A stretch of DNA of 64,000 nucleotides from an uncultured delta proteobacterium. Its GTDB lineage: Bacteria; Desulfobacterota; DSM-4660; Desulfatiglandales; HGW-15. Below, piece after piece: positions 11,241-20,083 of the stretch. The DNA lies in contig CAVZMS010000124.1 in the NCBI GenBank assembly GCA_963776085.1, positions 2,488 through 66,487 of the forward strand. The letters are read 5' to 3'. The notes beneath the pieces are model-generated. The model worked only from the letters and a program-made list of their open reading frames with translations, was not told where the DNA came from and ran no database searches. A program made the position numbers and the translations under genes. The stretch's first letter is position 1. Each line of letters begins with the position of its first letter.

Positions 11241-14200
11241 ATGAGATTCATCGCCGACCTGCATATACACTCCCATTTCTCAAGGGCCACCTCACGAGAC
11301 CTTGATCCTGAAAACCTTGCTATATGGGCCCAAAAAAAGGGCCTTACCGTCATAGGCACCGGAGACTTCACCCATCCCGGCTGGGTGGAGGAGTTGCGGG
11401 ACGAACTTGTTGACGCTGAGAACGGGCTTTATCGTTTGAGGCCTGATCTGGAAAAGATGGTTGAAAGAGAGGTCCCGGAATCCTGTAAGAGGCCGGTCAG
11501 ATTTCTGCTTTCAGGCGAGATAAGCTGTATCTACAAGCGCGACGGAAAGACCAGGAAGATACACCACCTGATTCTCATGCCGGATTTTGAATCAGTCATA
11601 AAGCTGAACAAGGCCCTTGAACGAGTGGGCAACATCAGATCCGACGGAAGACCGATCCTGGGCATAGATTCCAGAGAACTACTTGAAATGACCCTCGATG
11701 CAAGCGATAGGGCCTTTTTCATACCGGCCCATATCTGGACCCCTTGGTTCTCCCTCTTCGGATCCAAATCCGGCTTTAATGCCATAGAGGAATGCTTCGC
11801 GGACCTTACCCCCCATATTCACGCCCTTGAGACAGGGCTGTCCTCCGACCCGCCCATGAATCGCCTGCTCTCGGCCCTTGACGACTATCTGCTGGTCTCC
11901 AATTCAGACGCCCACTCCCCTTCAAGACTGGGGAGAGAGGCGAATATCTTGGACACGGAACTGGACTATGAGCAGATACTTAAGGCCATGATCAGTAAAG
12001 ACGGTTTTAAGGGGACCATCGAGTTCTATCCTGAGGAAGGAAATATCACCTGGACGGGCATCGTAAATGCCAAGTGAGGCTCCACCCGGAAGATACCAGG
12101 AGGCATAAAGGCGTCTGTCCCTCATGCGGAAAGGCCATCACCGTTGGGGTCCTCCACAGGGTTACGGAACTGTCCGACCGCGACAGCCCGAAGATCTCAA
12201 AGGACTTTTACAGCCTCATCCCCCTGTCCGAGATCCTGTCCGAGACCCTTTGTTGCGGGGCCGCGACTAAAAAGGCGAACTCCGCCTATGAAGATCTGCT
12301 TGCAGCCCTTGGTCCAGAACTGGCTATCCTTATGGAGATCCCATTAAAGGATATCGAGGATGCCGGCGGCATGTTACTGGCCACGGCCATTGAAAGGATG
12401 CGACAGGGCAAGGTTATTAGGGAAGCGGGGTATGACGGTGAATACGGGGTAATTCGTCTGTTCCACGAAGGGGACATAGCACAGATCTCCGGGCAAAAGA
12501 CCCTTTTTACAATCCCGAATGATGAGATCGCCGATAAGAAAAGTCCCACGACGACTAAAGGCCTGAAAAAGGATATATATGCCGATCCTATAGGCCGGGG
12601 AAAGGCCTCCTTTTCAGACCCGATCCTGCCTATCCTTAATCCGGAACAAAAAGATGCGGTTATGCATTTAGGAAGTCATCTTTTGATCGTGGCCGGGCCC
12701 GGCACAGGAAAGACCATGACCCTGACCCACCATATCGTTCATATTATACGCTCAAACATTGCCGAACCGGGGCAGGTGCTCGCCCTGACCTTTACAAATA
12801 AGGCAGCAGGAGAGATGAGGGAAAGGATAGATTCCCTGCTGCCCGAGAATCAATCCGTTGCGGTTCATGTGTCCACCTTTCATGGTTTCTGTCTGGAACT
12901 CCTCAGGAATGAAGCTGAAATAATGGGACTTTCTCCCTCTTTTAATATCTGCTCGGAACAGGACTCGTCAATAATAGCCCATCAGGTCATCTTGGATTAC
13001 GGCAAGGGCAAACGTCTGGCAGGGCAATTATTAAGACAGCTCCCCCGAATAAAAAGGTCCTCCGTCATAGATGAAGATACCGACAGGCAGCATCAAGACC
13101 TTTTCCCCATCTTTCAGAAATACCAGGAAAGGCTCAGTGACTTGGGCATGCTGGACCTGGATGACCTGGAGGTTGAGACCTTGAGGATGTTTAAAGAACA
13201 TCCTGAGGTATGCAGTAAATACGCAAGGCGTTTTCCGTATATCTTTGTGGATGAATACCAGGACACCAACCCGATCCAGTCGGCCATTTTAAAGGAGATC
13301 GTAAAGCAAGGCATAACGGAGATCTGCGCCATAGGGGACCCTGATCAGGCCATTTACGGATTTCGAGGGGCTGATGTCGGAAATTTCCATAACTTTTCAA
13401 AGGATTTTCCAGGGGCAAAAAAGATTTCCTTGTTGAAAAACTATCGCTCAACCGAGGTTATTTTAAAAGGGTCCTCAACGCTTATGGACAAGGAAAGGCC
13501 CCTTGAAGGCATCTCCGGAAAGGGGGAGCCTATTCATATCGGCACATGCCTAACCCATTCCGAAGAGGCGGAGATGGTCGTAGAACAGATAGAGAAACTG
13601 ATGGGAGGGATTACCCTCTTTTCCCTTGATAGTTCAAGGGTGTCTTCCCATGAAGATGGAGAAGACCTTGGATTTGGAGACATAGCGGTGCTGTACAGGC
13701 TGAATTCCCAGGGAGATGGATTTGAGGAGGCCTTTTTACGGGCGGGACTGCCCTATGTCAGGTCAGGTGAAAAGGCATTGATCAATCAATACCCGGTTAA
13801 TATTATATGGCGATTGTTTCAGACCCTCTCTTATCCTGATAACGACTACTATTTAAAGGCATACATGGACCTCCTTGGAGAAAACGGCCTTGCCGGAGAT
13901 AAGATATTAAGAGGATGCGCGCTTGAAGGCAGTCTTGAAGAGATTATCGATCATGCCTTATCATTGCATGAATTTGATCTCTCTTCCAAAGAATCGGCGG
14001 ATGCGGTCCGCCGCCTTAAGGCCATAGCGGAAAATATCGATGGAGATATAGGATCCCTTCTGGATAAACTATCCATCGACAGGGGCATTGACCATACAGC
14101 CCTTTCGGGGGACCGCATTGCGCTCATGTCTCTCCATGCGGCCAAGGGCCTCGAATGGCCCGTTGTGTTTATCACGGGATGTGAAGACAGGCTTATCCCA

Positions 14201-14440
14201 TGTTCCCTTTTCGGGGATCATGACGAGGCCGAGGAGAAGAGGCTCTTTTACGTGGGAATGACGAGGGCCCGCCGCAGGCTTATCCTGTCCCATGCCAAAA
14301 GGAGAAAGATCAACGGACGCATCCTTGACATGAAACCCTCACCCTTCCTTGCCCTTATCCCTGACTATCTGTGCGCCCCCCTCGAACGCGCCCCATGGAA
14401 ACGCAAAGGGAAAAAACACAAACAACTGGAGCTTTTTTAA
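11241..14440 (+). CDS. endonuclease Q-like (PHP-fold plus Zn ribbon) fused to a UvrD/PcrA-type superfamily-1 helicase (one frame shift)
   Basis: The N-terminal part 11241-12077 has DLHIHSHFSRATS, GTGDFTHPGW, PAHIWTPWFS and SNSDAHSP..LGRE. Adding one A to the AAA run at 12041-12043 gives EEGKYHLDGHRKC..CPSCG...GVLHRV, as in archaeal EndoQ. The helicase motifs are AGPGTGKT, TFTNKAAGEMRER, VDEYQDTN, GDPDQAIYGFRGA, KNYRST, LHAAKGLEWPVVF and YVGMTRAR. Confidence 0.85.
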
Positions 14441-14457
14441 GACAGTCTCTTAGTTTA

Positions 14458-14520
14458 TGATAATTTTGACCACAGGTCAAATTATCACAAATAACTTGAC
14501 CTTTACTCCAAATTATCATA
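14458..14520. promoter_or_regulatory. palindromic operator-like site with three GATAATTT half sites upstream of the DUF4143 ATPase gene
   Basis: TGATAATTTTGACC (14458-14471) and GGTCAAATTATCA (14475-14487) form the palindrome. A third copy, AAATTATCA, lies at 14510-14518, just before the ATG at 14532. Confidence 0.5.
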
Positions 14521-14531
14521 TATAAAATCCC

Positions 14532-15689
14532 ATGGAAAAGACCCGCATAATAGAAAGAATTCAAGATATTAAACTCCCGGCAGATAGATCCGCTTTTCTT
14601 TGGGGCCCCAGAAAGACAGGCAAGACCACCCTTTTAAGACAAAAGTTCCCCGATGCATGCTGGATAGACCTTCTGGATCATGACATGTTTTTATCCCTCA
14701 GCCGAAAACCCACCGGCCTGCGTCAGATCCTGGAGGCGCAATCTTCCAGGGTTGTTGTCATTGATGAGGTACAAAAGGTTCCGGATCTCATGGATGAAAT
14801 CCATTGGCTTATGGAAAACAGGGACTATCGGTTCATACTTTCAGGCTCCAGCGCAAGGAAACTGAAAAGGTCAAAGGCAAATCTCCTTGGCGGCAGGGCA
14901 TGGCGTTTTGAGCTTTATCCCCTTGTCACTCATGAACTCAAGGGAAAATTTCATCTGGAAAAGGCCCTCCTTCACGGGCTCCTGCCTTCCCATTACCTCT
15001 CAACCGACAGTGAGATGGATTTAAATGCCTATGTCTTTGATTATCTGAAAGAGGAGATACAGGCAGAGGCCCTTACCCGCAATATGCCGGCCTTCTCCAG
15101 GTTTTTGGATTCCGCCGCGGCCACCAATGGCATGCTGCTCAACTATTCAAATGCAGCGCGGGAGGCGGGGGTCTCGGTCAAGACCATAAGGGAATATTAC
15201 CAGATACTCGAAGACACACTCATAGGACGCCAATTACCCCCATGGAAAAAATCAAAAAAGAGGAGGTTGATTGAGACCTCCAAGTTTTATTTCTTTGACA
15301 TGGGGATTGTCTCCGCACTTTTACATTATAAAACGCTTCACCCGTCCACCGACGGTTTTGGACGCGCCTTTGAGCACTTCATCATCCAGGAATGTTGGGC
15401 ATACAGGCATTACAGCCGTCTGGATTTCCCGATACATTTCTGGAGGACCGCCGGAGGGGCGGAAGTGGACCTTATACTAGGCGATGCCGAGGTAGCGATA
15501 GAAATCAAATCATCTGAAAACGCGGGAGACAGAACAAAGGGCATTCATCTTTTTAAAGAGGAATTCAAATGTAAGAATGCCTTCATCGTCTCAAGGGACA
15601 GGGTTCCAAGAAAGGCAACCTCAGACATCACCGTACTGCCCTGGAAGACCTTCTGCGAGATGCTCTGGGATGGCCGCATTATAAGATAA
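14532..15689 (+). CDS. AAA-family ATPase of the AAA_14 + DUF4143 type
   Basis: Intact 385-aa ORF with GPRKTGKTTL (Walker A) and VVIDEVQK (Walker B). The C-terminal half resembles DUF4143 (..FFDMGI.., EVDLIL). Confidence 0.8.
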   Translation: MEKTRIIERIQDIKLPADRSAFLWGPRKTGKTTLLRQKFPDACWIDLLDHDMFLSLSRKPTGLRQILEAQSSRVVVIDEVQKVPDLMDEIHWLMENRDYRFILSGSSARKLKRSKANLLGGRAWRFELYPLVTHELKGKFHLEKALLHGLLPSHYLSTDSEMDLNAYVFDYLKEEIQAEALTRNMPAFSRFLDSAAATNGMLLNYSNAAREAGVSVKTIREYYQILEDTLIGRQLPPWKKSKKRRLIETSKFYFFDMGIVSALLHYKTLHPSTDGFGRAFEHFIIQECWAYRHYSRLDFPIHFWRTAGGAEVDLILGDAEVAIEIKSSENAGDRTKGIHLFKEEFKCKNAFIVSRDRVPRKATSDITVLPWKTFCEMLWDGRIIR

Positions 15690-15700
15690 GACTTTCCCCG

Positions 15701-15766
15701 ATGGCTGAAACCCATAACATGAGTCTTAATCAATGGTTCGCGGATGTCCTTTCAAAGGCATTCTGA
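15701..15766 (+). pseudogene. remnant of an antitoxin gene (HicB/RHH-type C-terminal tail)
   Basis: A 21-codon ORF, MAETHNMSLNQWFADVLSKAF, resembles the conserved ..SLNQWi...L tail of HicB-like antitoxins. No upstream part is present. Confidence 0.35.
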
Positions 15767-15792
15767 CAACCCGGAGATCTTCTGAAATCCAA

Positions 15793-16016
15793 TCGAAGGG
15801 CCTGCCCTATTTTTTCCCTTGTAAAATAATTCGCGTTATAGTTATCATGCCTCCGCACAATCTCAGAAATTGTCAACTTTCCAACCCAATCTTTACAGAT
15901 TAATTATTAACCTGTAACCAGCCTATGTATTTCTAACCCCCCGTGTTACAGAAACGGGAGATTCAAAAGTTCATTTAAAAATTTATTAACCGGTTTAATT
16001 GGGGCATAAATTTAAG
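15793..16016 (+). repeat. copy A of a duplicated promoter/leader element (64-nt identical core at 15900-15963)
   Basis: It aligns with 18151-18372. A putative -35 TTGTAA (15819-15824) is followed by 17 nt and then TTATCA. The core is TTAATTATTAACCTGTAACCAGCCTATGTATTTCTAACCCCCCGTGTTACAGAAACGGGAGATT. The element ends 15 nt before the ATG at 16031. Confidence 0.85.
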
Positions 16017-16030
16017 GTAGAGATGAATCA

Positions 16031-16906
16031 ATGAATTTCGTTGCCATCGACGTAGAAACAGCGAATGCCGATATGGCATCGATTTGCCAGATCGGTCTTG
16101 TGAAGTGCGAAAATGGCGTCCTGTCGGATGAATGGAAAACCTATGTCGATCCAGAGGATTACTTCGATGGCATCAATGTATCTATCCACGGAATCGACGA
16201 GTCTGTTGTTAAGGGTGCCCCAACGTTCCCAGAATTAGCCGATACGCTTCGTTCATATCTCGAAGGTACAGTAGTTGTCTGCCACACGCACTTTGATCGG
16301 GTGGCGATACATCAGGCAGCTCAGCGGTATGGCGTTACCGCGCCAGAATGTACTTGGCTTGATTCGGCGCGGGTCGCGCGTCGGGCGTGGAAGGAGTGTG
16401 CATGGAAAGGGTATGGGCTTTATAACGTATGCAAGATCCTCGGATATGACTTCAAGCACCATGATGCCTTGGAAGACGCAAAGGCAGCGGCGCATATCCT
16501 TCTTGCCGCAACCAATGAAAGTGGGCTTGATCTAGATGGCTGGCTCAAGAGAGTACGACAGCCAATTGACCCCACAGCGAGCAGTTCTGGTTCCGCCATA
16601 AGGCGTGAAGGAAACCCAGAAGGCGCTCTTTACGGTGAGGTTCTTGTTTTTACCGGCGCCCTTGAAATACCACGGCGAGAAGCAGCCGATTTGGCGGCTG
16701 CCATTGGTTGCCAAGTGGCATCAGGGGTCACAAAGAAAACAACGATGTTGGTAGTGGGTGATCAGGACATTAAGAAACTCGCAGGTCACGAGAAGAGTTC
16801 TAAGCACAGAAAGGCGGAGGAACTCATTGAGAAAGGCATCCCAATTCGAATTCTCAAAGAAAGCGATTTCAAAGAGCTTGCGAGATTCTCGAACGAGATC
16901 GCCTAA
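16031..16906 (+). CDS. DnaQ-like DEDDh 3'-5' exonuclease fused to a C-terminal BRCT domain
   Basis: Intact 291-aa ORF with AIDVETAN (Exo I), CHTHFD (Exo II), HHDALEDAKAAA (Exo III) and a BRCT-like C-terminus (VFTGAL...TMLVVGDQ...KHRKAEEL..GIPI). Confidence 0.8.
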   Translation: MNFVAIDVETANADMASICQIGLVKCENGVLSDEWKTYVDPEDYFDGINVSIHGIDESVVKGAPTFPELADTLRSYLEGTVVVCHTHFDRVAIHQAAQRYGVTAPECTWLDSARVARRAWKECAWKGYGLYNVCKILGYDFKHHDALEDAKAAAHILLAATNESGLDLDGWLKRVRQPIDPTASSSGSAIRREGNPEGALYGEVLVFTGALEIPRREAADLAAAIGCQVASGVTKKTTMLVVGDQDIKKLAGHEKSSKHRKAEELIEKGIPIRILKESDFKELARFSNEIA

Positions 16907-16931
16907 TACCTGATAGGGCGTTTAGACAGAT

Positions 16932-17483
16932 ATGCCGCTGAATCATACATCGAAATATGCAGAGTTGACTGACGAGCAGTTTGCCCTTATTGGCAGACTT
17001 GTAATTGAATGGTCGAATATTGAGTTTCTGTTAGGAGTTTTGCTCAGTCGACTCCTTTTAACGCCGGAGTTTCTTGGGCGCGTTTACAGCGATGAAATGA
17101 GTGCTAGCAGAATACAAGATGCTCTAAAAAAGGCTTTGGATATCCACAGACATCGTTACGGCTCTAAGCTCGTCCCCCCTGAAACACTTGATGAGATATT
17201 GCGACTAAACGCTGATATTGAGAAGTTCCGCGGATTGCGAAACAGGTTCTCCCACTTCTGTTGGTCTCGCTCAAATGATAACGAGATATTTGGTTCTGGG
17301 CTGTCCGGGTTCGTACCTCCAAGCAAACGTCTTGATAAAGATTCAATGGAGGTAAGTGTGTCTGAGTTAAAAGAGTTTTACCGGAATGCGTACCAACTTG
17401 TTGAACACCTATCTGGTGTAATCCAACGGCTTCTTGAAACAGATGAAGATGAAAGTCTAACAAGAGCTTTGAGAAGGACGTGA
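16932..17483 (+). CDS. hypothetical protein with an Rx4H (HEPN-like) motif
   Basis: Intact 183-aa ORF, 25 nt after the exonuclease gene. The motif LRNRFSHFCW (R-N-x3-H) sits in a predicted helical protein. The HEPN assignment is inference. Confidence 0.5.
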   Translation: MPLNHTSKYAELTDEQFALIGRLVIEWSNIEFLLGVLLSRLLLTPEFLGRVYSDEMSASRIQDALKKALDIHRHRYGSKLVPPETLDEILRLNADIEKFRGLRNRFSHFCWSRSNDNEIFGSGLSGFVPPSKRLDKDSMEVSVSELKEFYRNAYQLVEHLSGVIQRLLETDEDESLTRALRRT

Positions 17484-17559
17484 GTTATTCTGTTGTTCCA
17501 CTCACGCCCCTCAAGCTGGGCATTGCTTTATAAAAAGTCAAACATTCAAAGGTTATGAA

Positions 17560-17895
17560 ATGAACGATAAGGTTAAAAAAAATAAGAGTGATAAGAGCAA
17601 TTTTGATAGTGAATATGATTATTGGTTTAAACGAAAGAAAAACACTAGTAATATCAATAAACCTAGGATGGAATGTTTAGAGGAAATTCTTAGATATCAT
17701 AAGGATAAAATACCATATGACATAATATCAAATAAGAGATCTATGTGGAAAAACATATGCAAAAGAAATTCTAATAGAGGAAATTTTTGTTACACAATAT
17801 TCATCTCAGTATGTAATGCATATCTTATAAGAGAAACAAATTTTTTAAGACCGAATGATGAAGCAATTAGTAAATGGTGGGCAAAAAGAAAATAA
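17560..17895 (+). CDS. hypothetical Lys-rich protein (very AT-rich orphan ORF)
   Basis: 111-aa ORF with no recognisable motif. Its composition is clearly different from the preceding two genes. Confidence 0.45.
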   Translation: MNDKVKKNKSDKSNFDSEYDYWFKRKKNTSNINKPRMECLEEILRYHKDKIPYDIISNKRSMWKNICKRNSNRGNFCYTIFISVCNAYLIRETNFLRPNDEAISKWWAKRK

Positions 17896-18150
17896 TAGTT
17901 CCTTATAAGTAGAAAAATATCTTTCATGCCAAGCAATATAATCTCCTGGTTAACGAGGGCTGGCTTTTTCGCTGGTCGCTTCAAAAGCTAGCCTGTTACT
18001 CGGCTCGTCAATGTATCTCCAACCTCTCCTCCCACTCTACATCTTCGCCCTTTTTATGCCTTTCGACCTACTCAAGGTCCCGAGCAAAGTCGAGGGACTC
18101 AAGGTCTCTGACCGAATAGCGAATAGAAAGTCGGAATAGTACTGAGCCTG

Positions 18151-18372
18151 TCGAAGGGATGGCCCTCTTTTTCCCTTGTAAAATAATTTACATATATCTA
18201 TTATACTTCCCGATATCCGCATCAATTCATAACTATTCAACCCCACCTTTACAGCTTAATTATTAACCTGTAACCAGCCTATGTATTTCTAACCCCCCGT
18301 GTTACAGAAACGGGAGATTTAAATATTCATTTCAAATTTTATTAACTTATTAAATTAGCTGATAAATTTAAG
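18151..18372 (+). repeat. copy B of the duplicated promoter/leader element (64-nt identical core at 18256-18319)
   Basis: It has the same element order as copy A. The -35 TTGTAA (18176-18181) is followed by 17 nt and then the -10 TATTAT (18199-18204). The flanks are diverged while the core is identical. Confidence 0.85.
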
Positions 18373-18491
18373 CTTAGTAAAGAGCCAACTACCCCCTTGC
18401 ACCAACCGTGGACCGGCATTCGTTCGCAGTCCGATATACATTCTTTGAACCGTTTCAGTGAGGGCGTTTTGGCCATCTGGAGGATGAGAAT

Positions 18492-18815
18492 ATGAACCTC
18501 ACAAAGGAAATAGAAAAAGATAGACAAGAATTACTCGAAATTCTTTCTCGTGACGATAGTAATATGGGTAAGAAGACAAGCGATCTACAAAATTTAGGAC
18601 GCCGGGTTGGGGCAAGTACAATTAACCTCATCAAAGGTTATGGGGAAGCTTCTGTTCCTGAACTTGCACAGAGCATTCATCACGCATTGCAAACCAAATC
18701 TACTGTGGCTGCACTACAGATATCTCGAAAATACCTCATTGTTTCAATAATACTTGCAGTTATCGCCCTTTTAAGCATGGTAGCCACTTGGATAGGTATG
18801 CTATGCACAAAATAA
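18492..18815 (+). CDS. hypothetical protein with a C-terminal transmembrane anchor
   Basis: 107-aa ORF with ggagg 7 nt upstream. The C-terminus is YLIVSIILAVIALLSMVATWIGML. Confidence 0.5.
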   Translation: MNLTKEIEKDRQELLEILSRDDSNMGKKTSDLQNLGRRVGASTINLIKGYGEASVPELAQSIHHALQTKSTVAALQISRKYLIVSIILAVIALLSMVATWIGMLCTK

Positions 18816-18833
18816 CTATGAAATGTATTTTTC

Positions 18834-18922
18834 GTCTAACTTGTCACTTCAGCAGACATCCATGGCGGTGCGGACGTGCAATCTTAAAATTTTGTAATGC
18901 CCCGTCTGCTTTTGAGTTTGAC
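18834..18922 (+). other. attC-like imperfect hairpin (weak candidate)
   Basis: The layout is GTCTAAC (R''-like, 18834-18840) ... AGCAGAC / GTCTGCT (perfect 7-bp inner stem) ... GTTTGAC (18916-18922). The spacer lengths of 10 versus 5 nt are atypical. Confidence 0.35.
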
Positions 18923-18991
18923 TTTTTACGCCCAGAGCGAGACCATCATAGATAGCATAATCGAAGGGAGTCAACTAAACGGAGGAACGAC

Positions 18992-20083
18992 ATGAAAATA
19001 GAGGCTCTTCAATACCACCAGAAGGACAAGGATATATTTGTTTTTTCGATGGACCCACACTACATGAAACAGTTAGTCAAAATAAGTGATGTGTCGACAG
19101 GTGATAAGAACTTCCAAAGGCCATTCGATCCCAAGAGAGTAGCAGAAATTAAGACCTATGTTCTTGGAAGGGATAAACTCTATAAAAAGGGGAAAGACGT
19201 CTACGCCAAAGGTTTCATTCCTAATGCAATAGTCGTGAATTTGCCAAATTCTTACAAGGTTGAAAATCAAGGGAGTAAGGCATATATCCATTTCCCTGAT
19301 GTAAAAAATATTAAAAGGTACAAAGAAACAATAGAGATCATCGACGGACAACATCGGTTACTGGCATTCGATGATGAATGCAAGACACTTATGGGTGCGC
19401 AGCAATATGAGATGTGTTTTGTGGCCCTACTCAATCTTTCTGATAGCGAGAAAAAAGAAATATTCATGGTCCTCAATGAAAGACAAAAGACGGTAGATAA
19501 GAACATTCTTCTTCGTCACAAGAAGTTGCTCAAGCTCCTCCTGGACGATGAAGAAACCAGATATGATGTTATTACTAGATTGAATTCTGAAGTTGATTCA
19601 CCTTTCTACGGCAAAATCATTATGGCAGGCGAGAAGAAAACCTATGGTTTGAAAGCTGTCCAAATCGACAGTGTATTAAATTCCTCGAAGGCATTAGAAA
19701 AACTCATTGATTCAAAGGATCAGATAAGTGAGAAATCCTACAAGATATTAAAAAATTATTTCCTTTCTTGGCAGGCTAATTTTCCCATTGTGTGGTTCAA
19801 GGCCAATAATACCCTGACAAAAATGGCTGGCTTTCGCTTTATGTCCTATCTTTTTCCATACGTGTACGACATTTTGAAATCCGGAAAAAATTTTCAGATA
19901 AAAACATTTTCCGATATTATCTCTAAAATAAAATCGGATGATTTCAACGAAGAGTTCGATATCAAAAAAGCGGGCAAGTTTTCCCACTTTCAAGAACAAC
20001 GCGGGATAATCAGATATGCAACACAACTAGGCAAAGAGCTTAGAGAACATTTCCAAGAAAGAGATGATGATATCATTGTTTAG
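18992..20083 (+). CDS. DGQHR domain protein (DndB-like, ParB/Srx-fold superfamily)
   Basis: Intact 363-aa ORF with a literal DGQHR motif (IEIIDGQHRLLAF), followed by EKKEIFMVLNERQKTV, as in the DndB/DGQHR families. Confidence 0.8.
   Translation: MKIEALQYHQKDKDIFVFSMDPHYMKQLVKISDVSTGDKNFQRPFDPKRVAEIKTYVLGRDKLYKKGKDVYAKGFIPNAIVVNLPNSYKVENQGSKAYIHFPDVKNIKRYKETIEIIDGQHRLLAFDDECKTLMGAQQYEMCFVALLNLSDSEKKEIFMVLNERQKTVDKNILLRHKKLLKLLLDDEETRYDVITRLNSEVDSPFYGKIIMAGEKKTYGLKAVQIDSVLNSSKALEKLIDSKDQISEKSYKILKNYFLSWQANFPIVWFKANNTLTKMAGFRFMSYLFPYVYDILKSGKNFQIKTFSDIISKIKSDDFNEEFDIKKAGKFSHFQEQRGIIRYATQLGKELREHFQERDDDIIV

Noticed and set aside
15911-15961. An H-type pseudoknot formed by the two stems of the 64-nt core.
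   Set aside because: The loop that would have to cross the 7-bp stem is only 2 nt (AA), which is sterically implausible. Mutually exclusive hairpins or a DNA-level protein site are more likely.
17452-17560. A possible attC between the 183-aa Rx4H gene and the 111-aa ORF (GTCTAAC at 17452-17458, then nested stems AGCTTTGAG/CTCAAGCT and CGTGAGT/ACTCACG).
   Set aside because: There is no GTTRRRY box at the 3' side in the right orientation. The structure is equally well explained as a simple terminator-like hairpin overlapping the gene end.
15793-18372. The duplicated element as a DGR template/variable repeat pair, a retron ncRNA, or a hammerhead/twister-type ribozyme.
   Set aside because: There is no reverse transcriptase in the window. 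The differences between copies are not adenine-specific and lie outside the core. The core lacks the CUGAUGA...GAAA hammerhead core and lacks the twister or pistol consensus as far as I can recall them.
18818-18955. A 45-aa Cys/Arg-rich ORF (MKCIFRLTCHFSRHPWRCGR...) between the 107-aa ORF and the DGQHR gene.
   Set aside because: It has no RBS and an odd composition. It coincides with the attC-like hairpin, so it is probably a translation artefact of a structured non-coding site.
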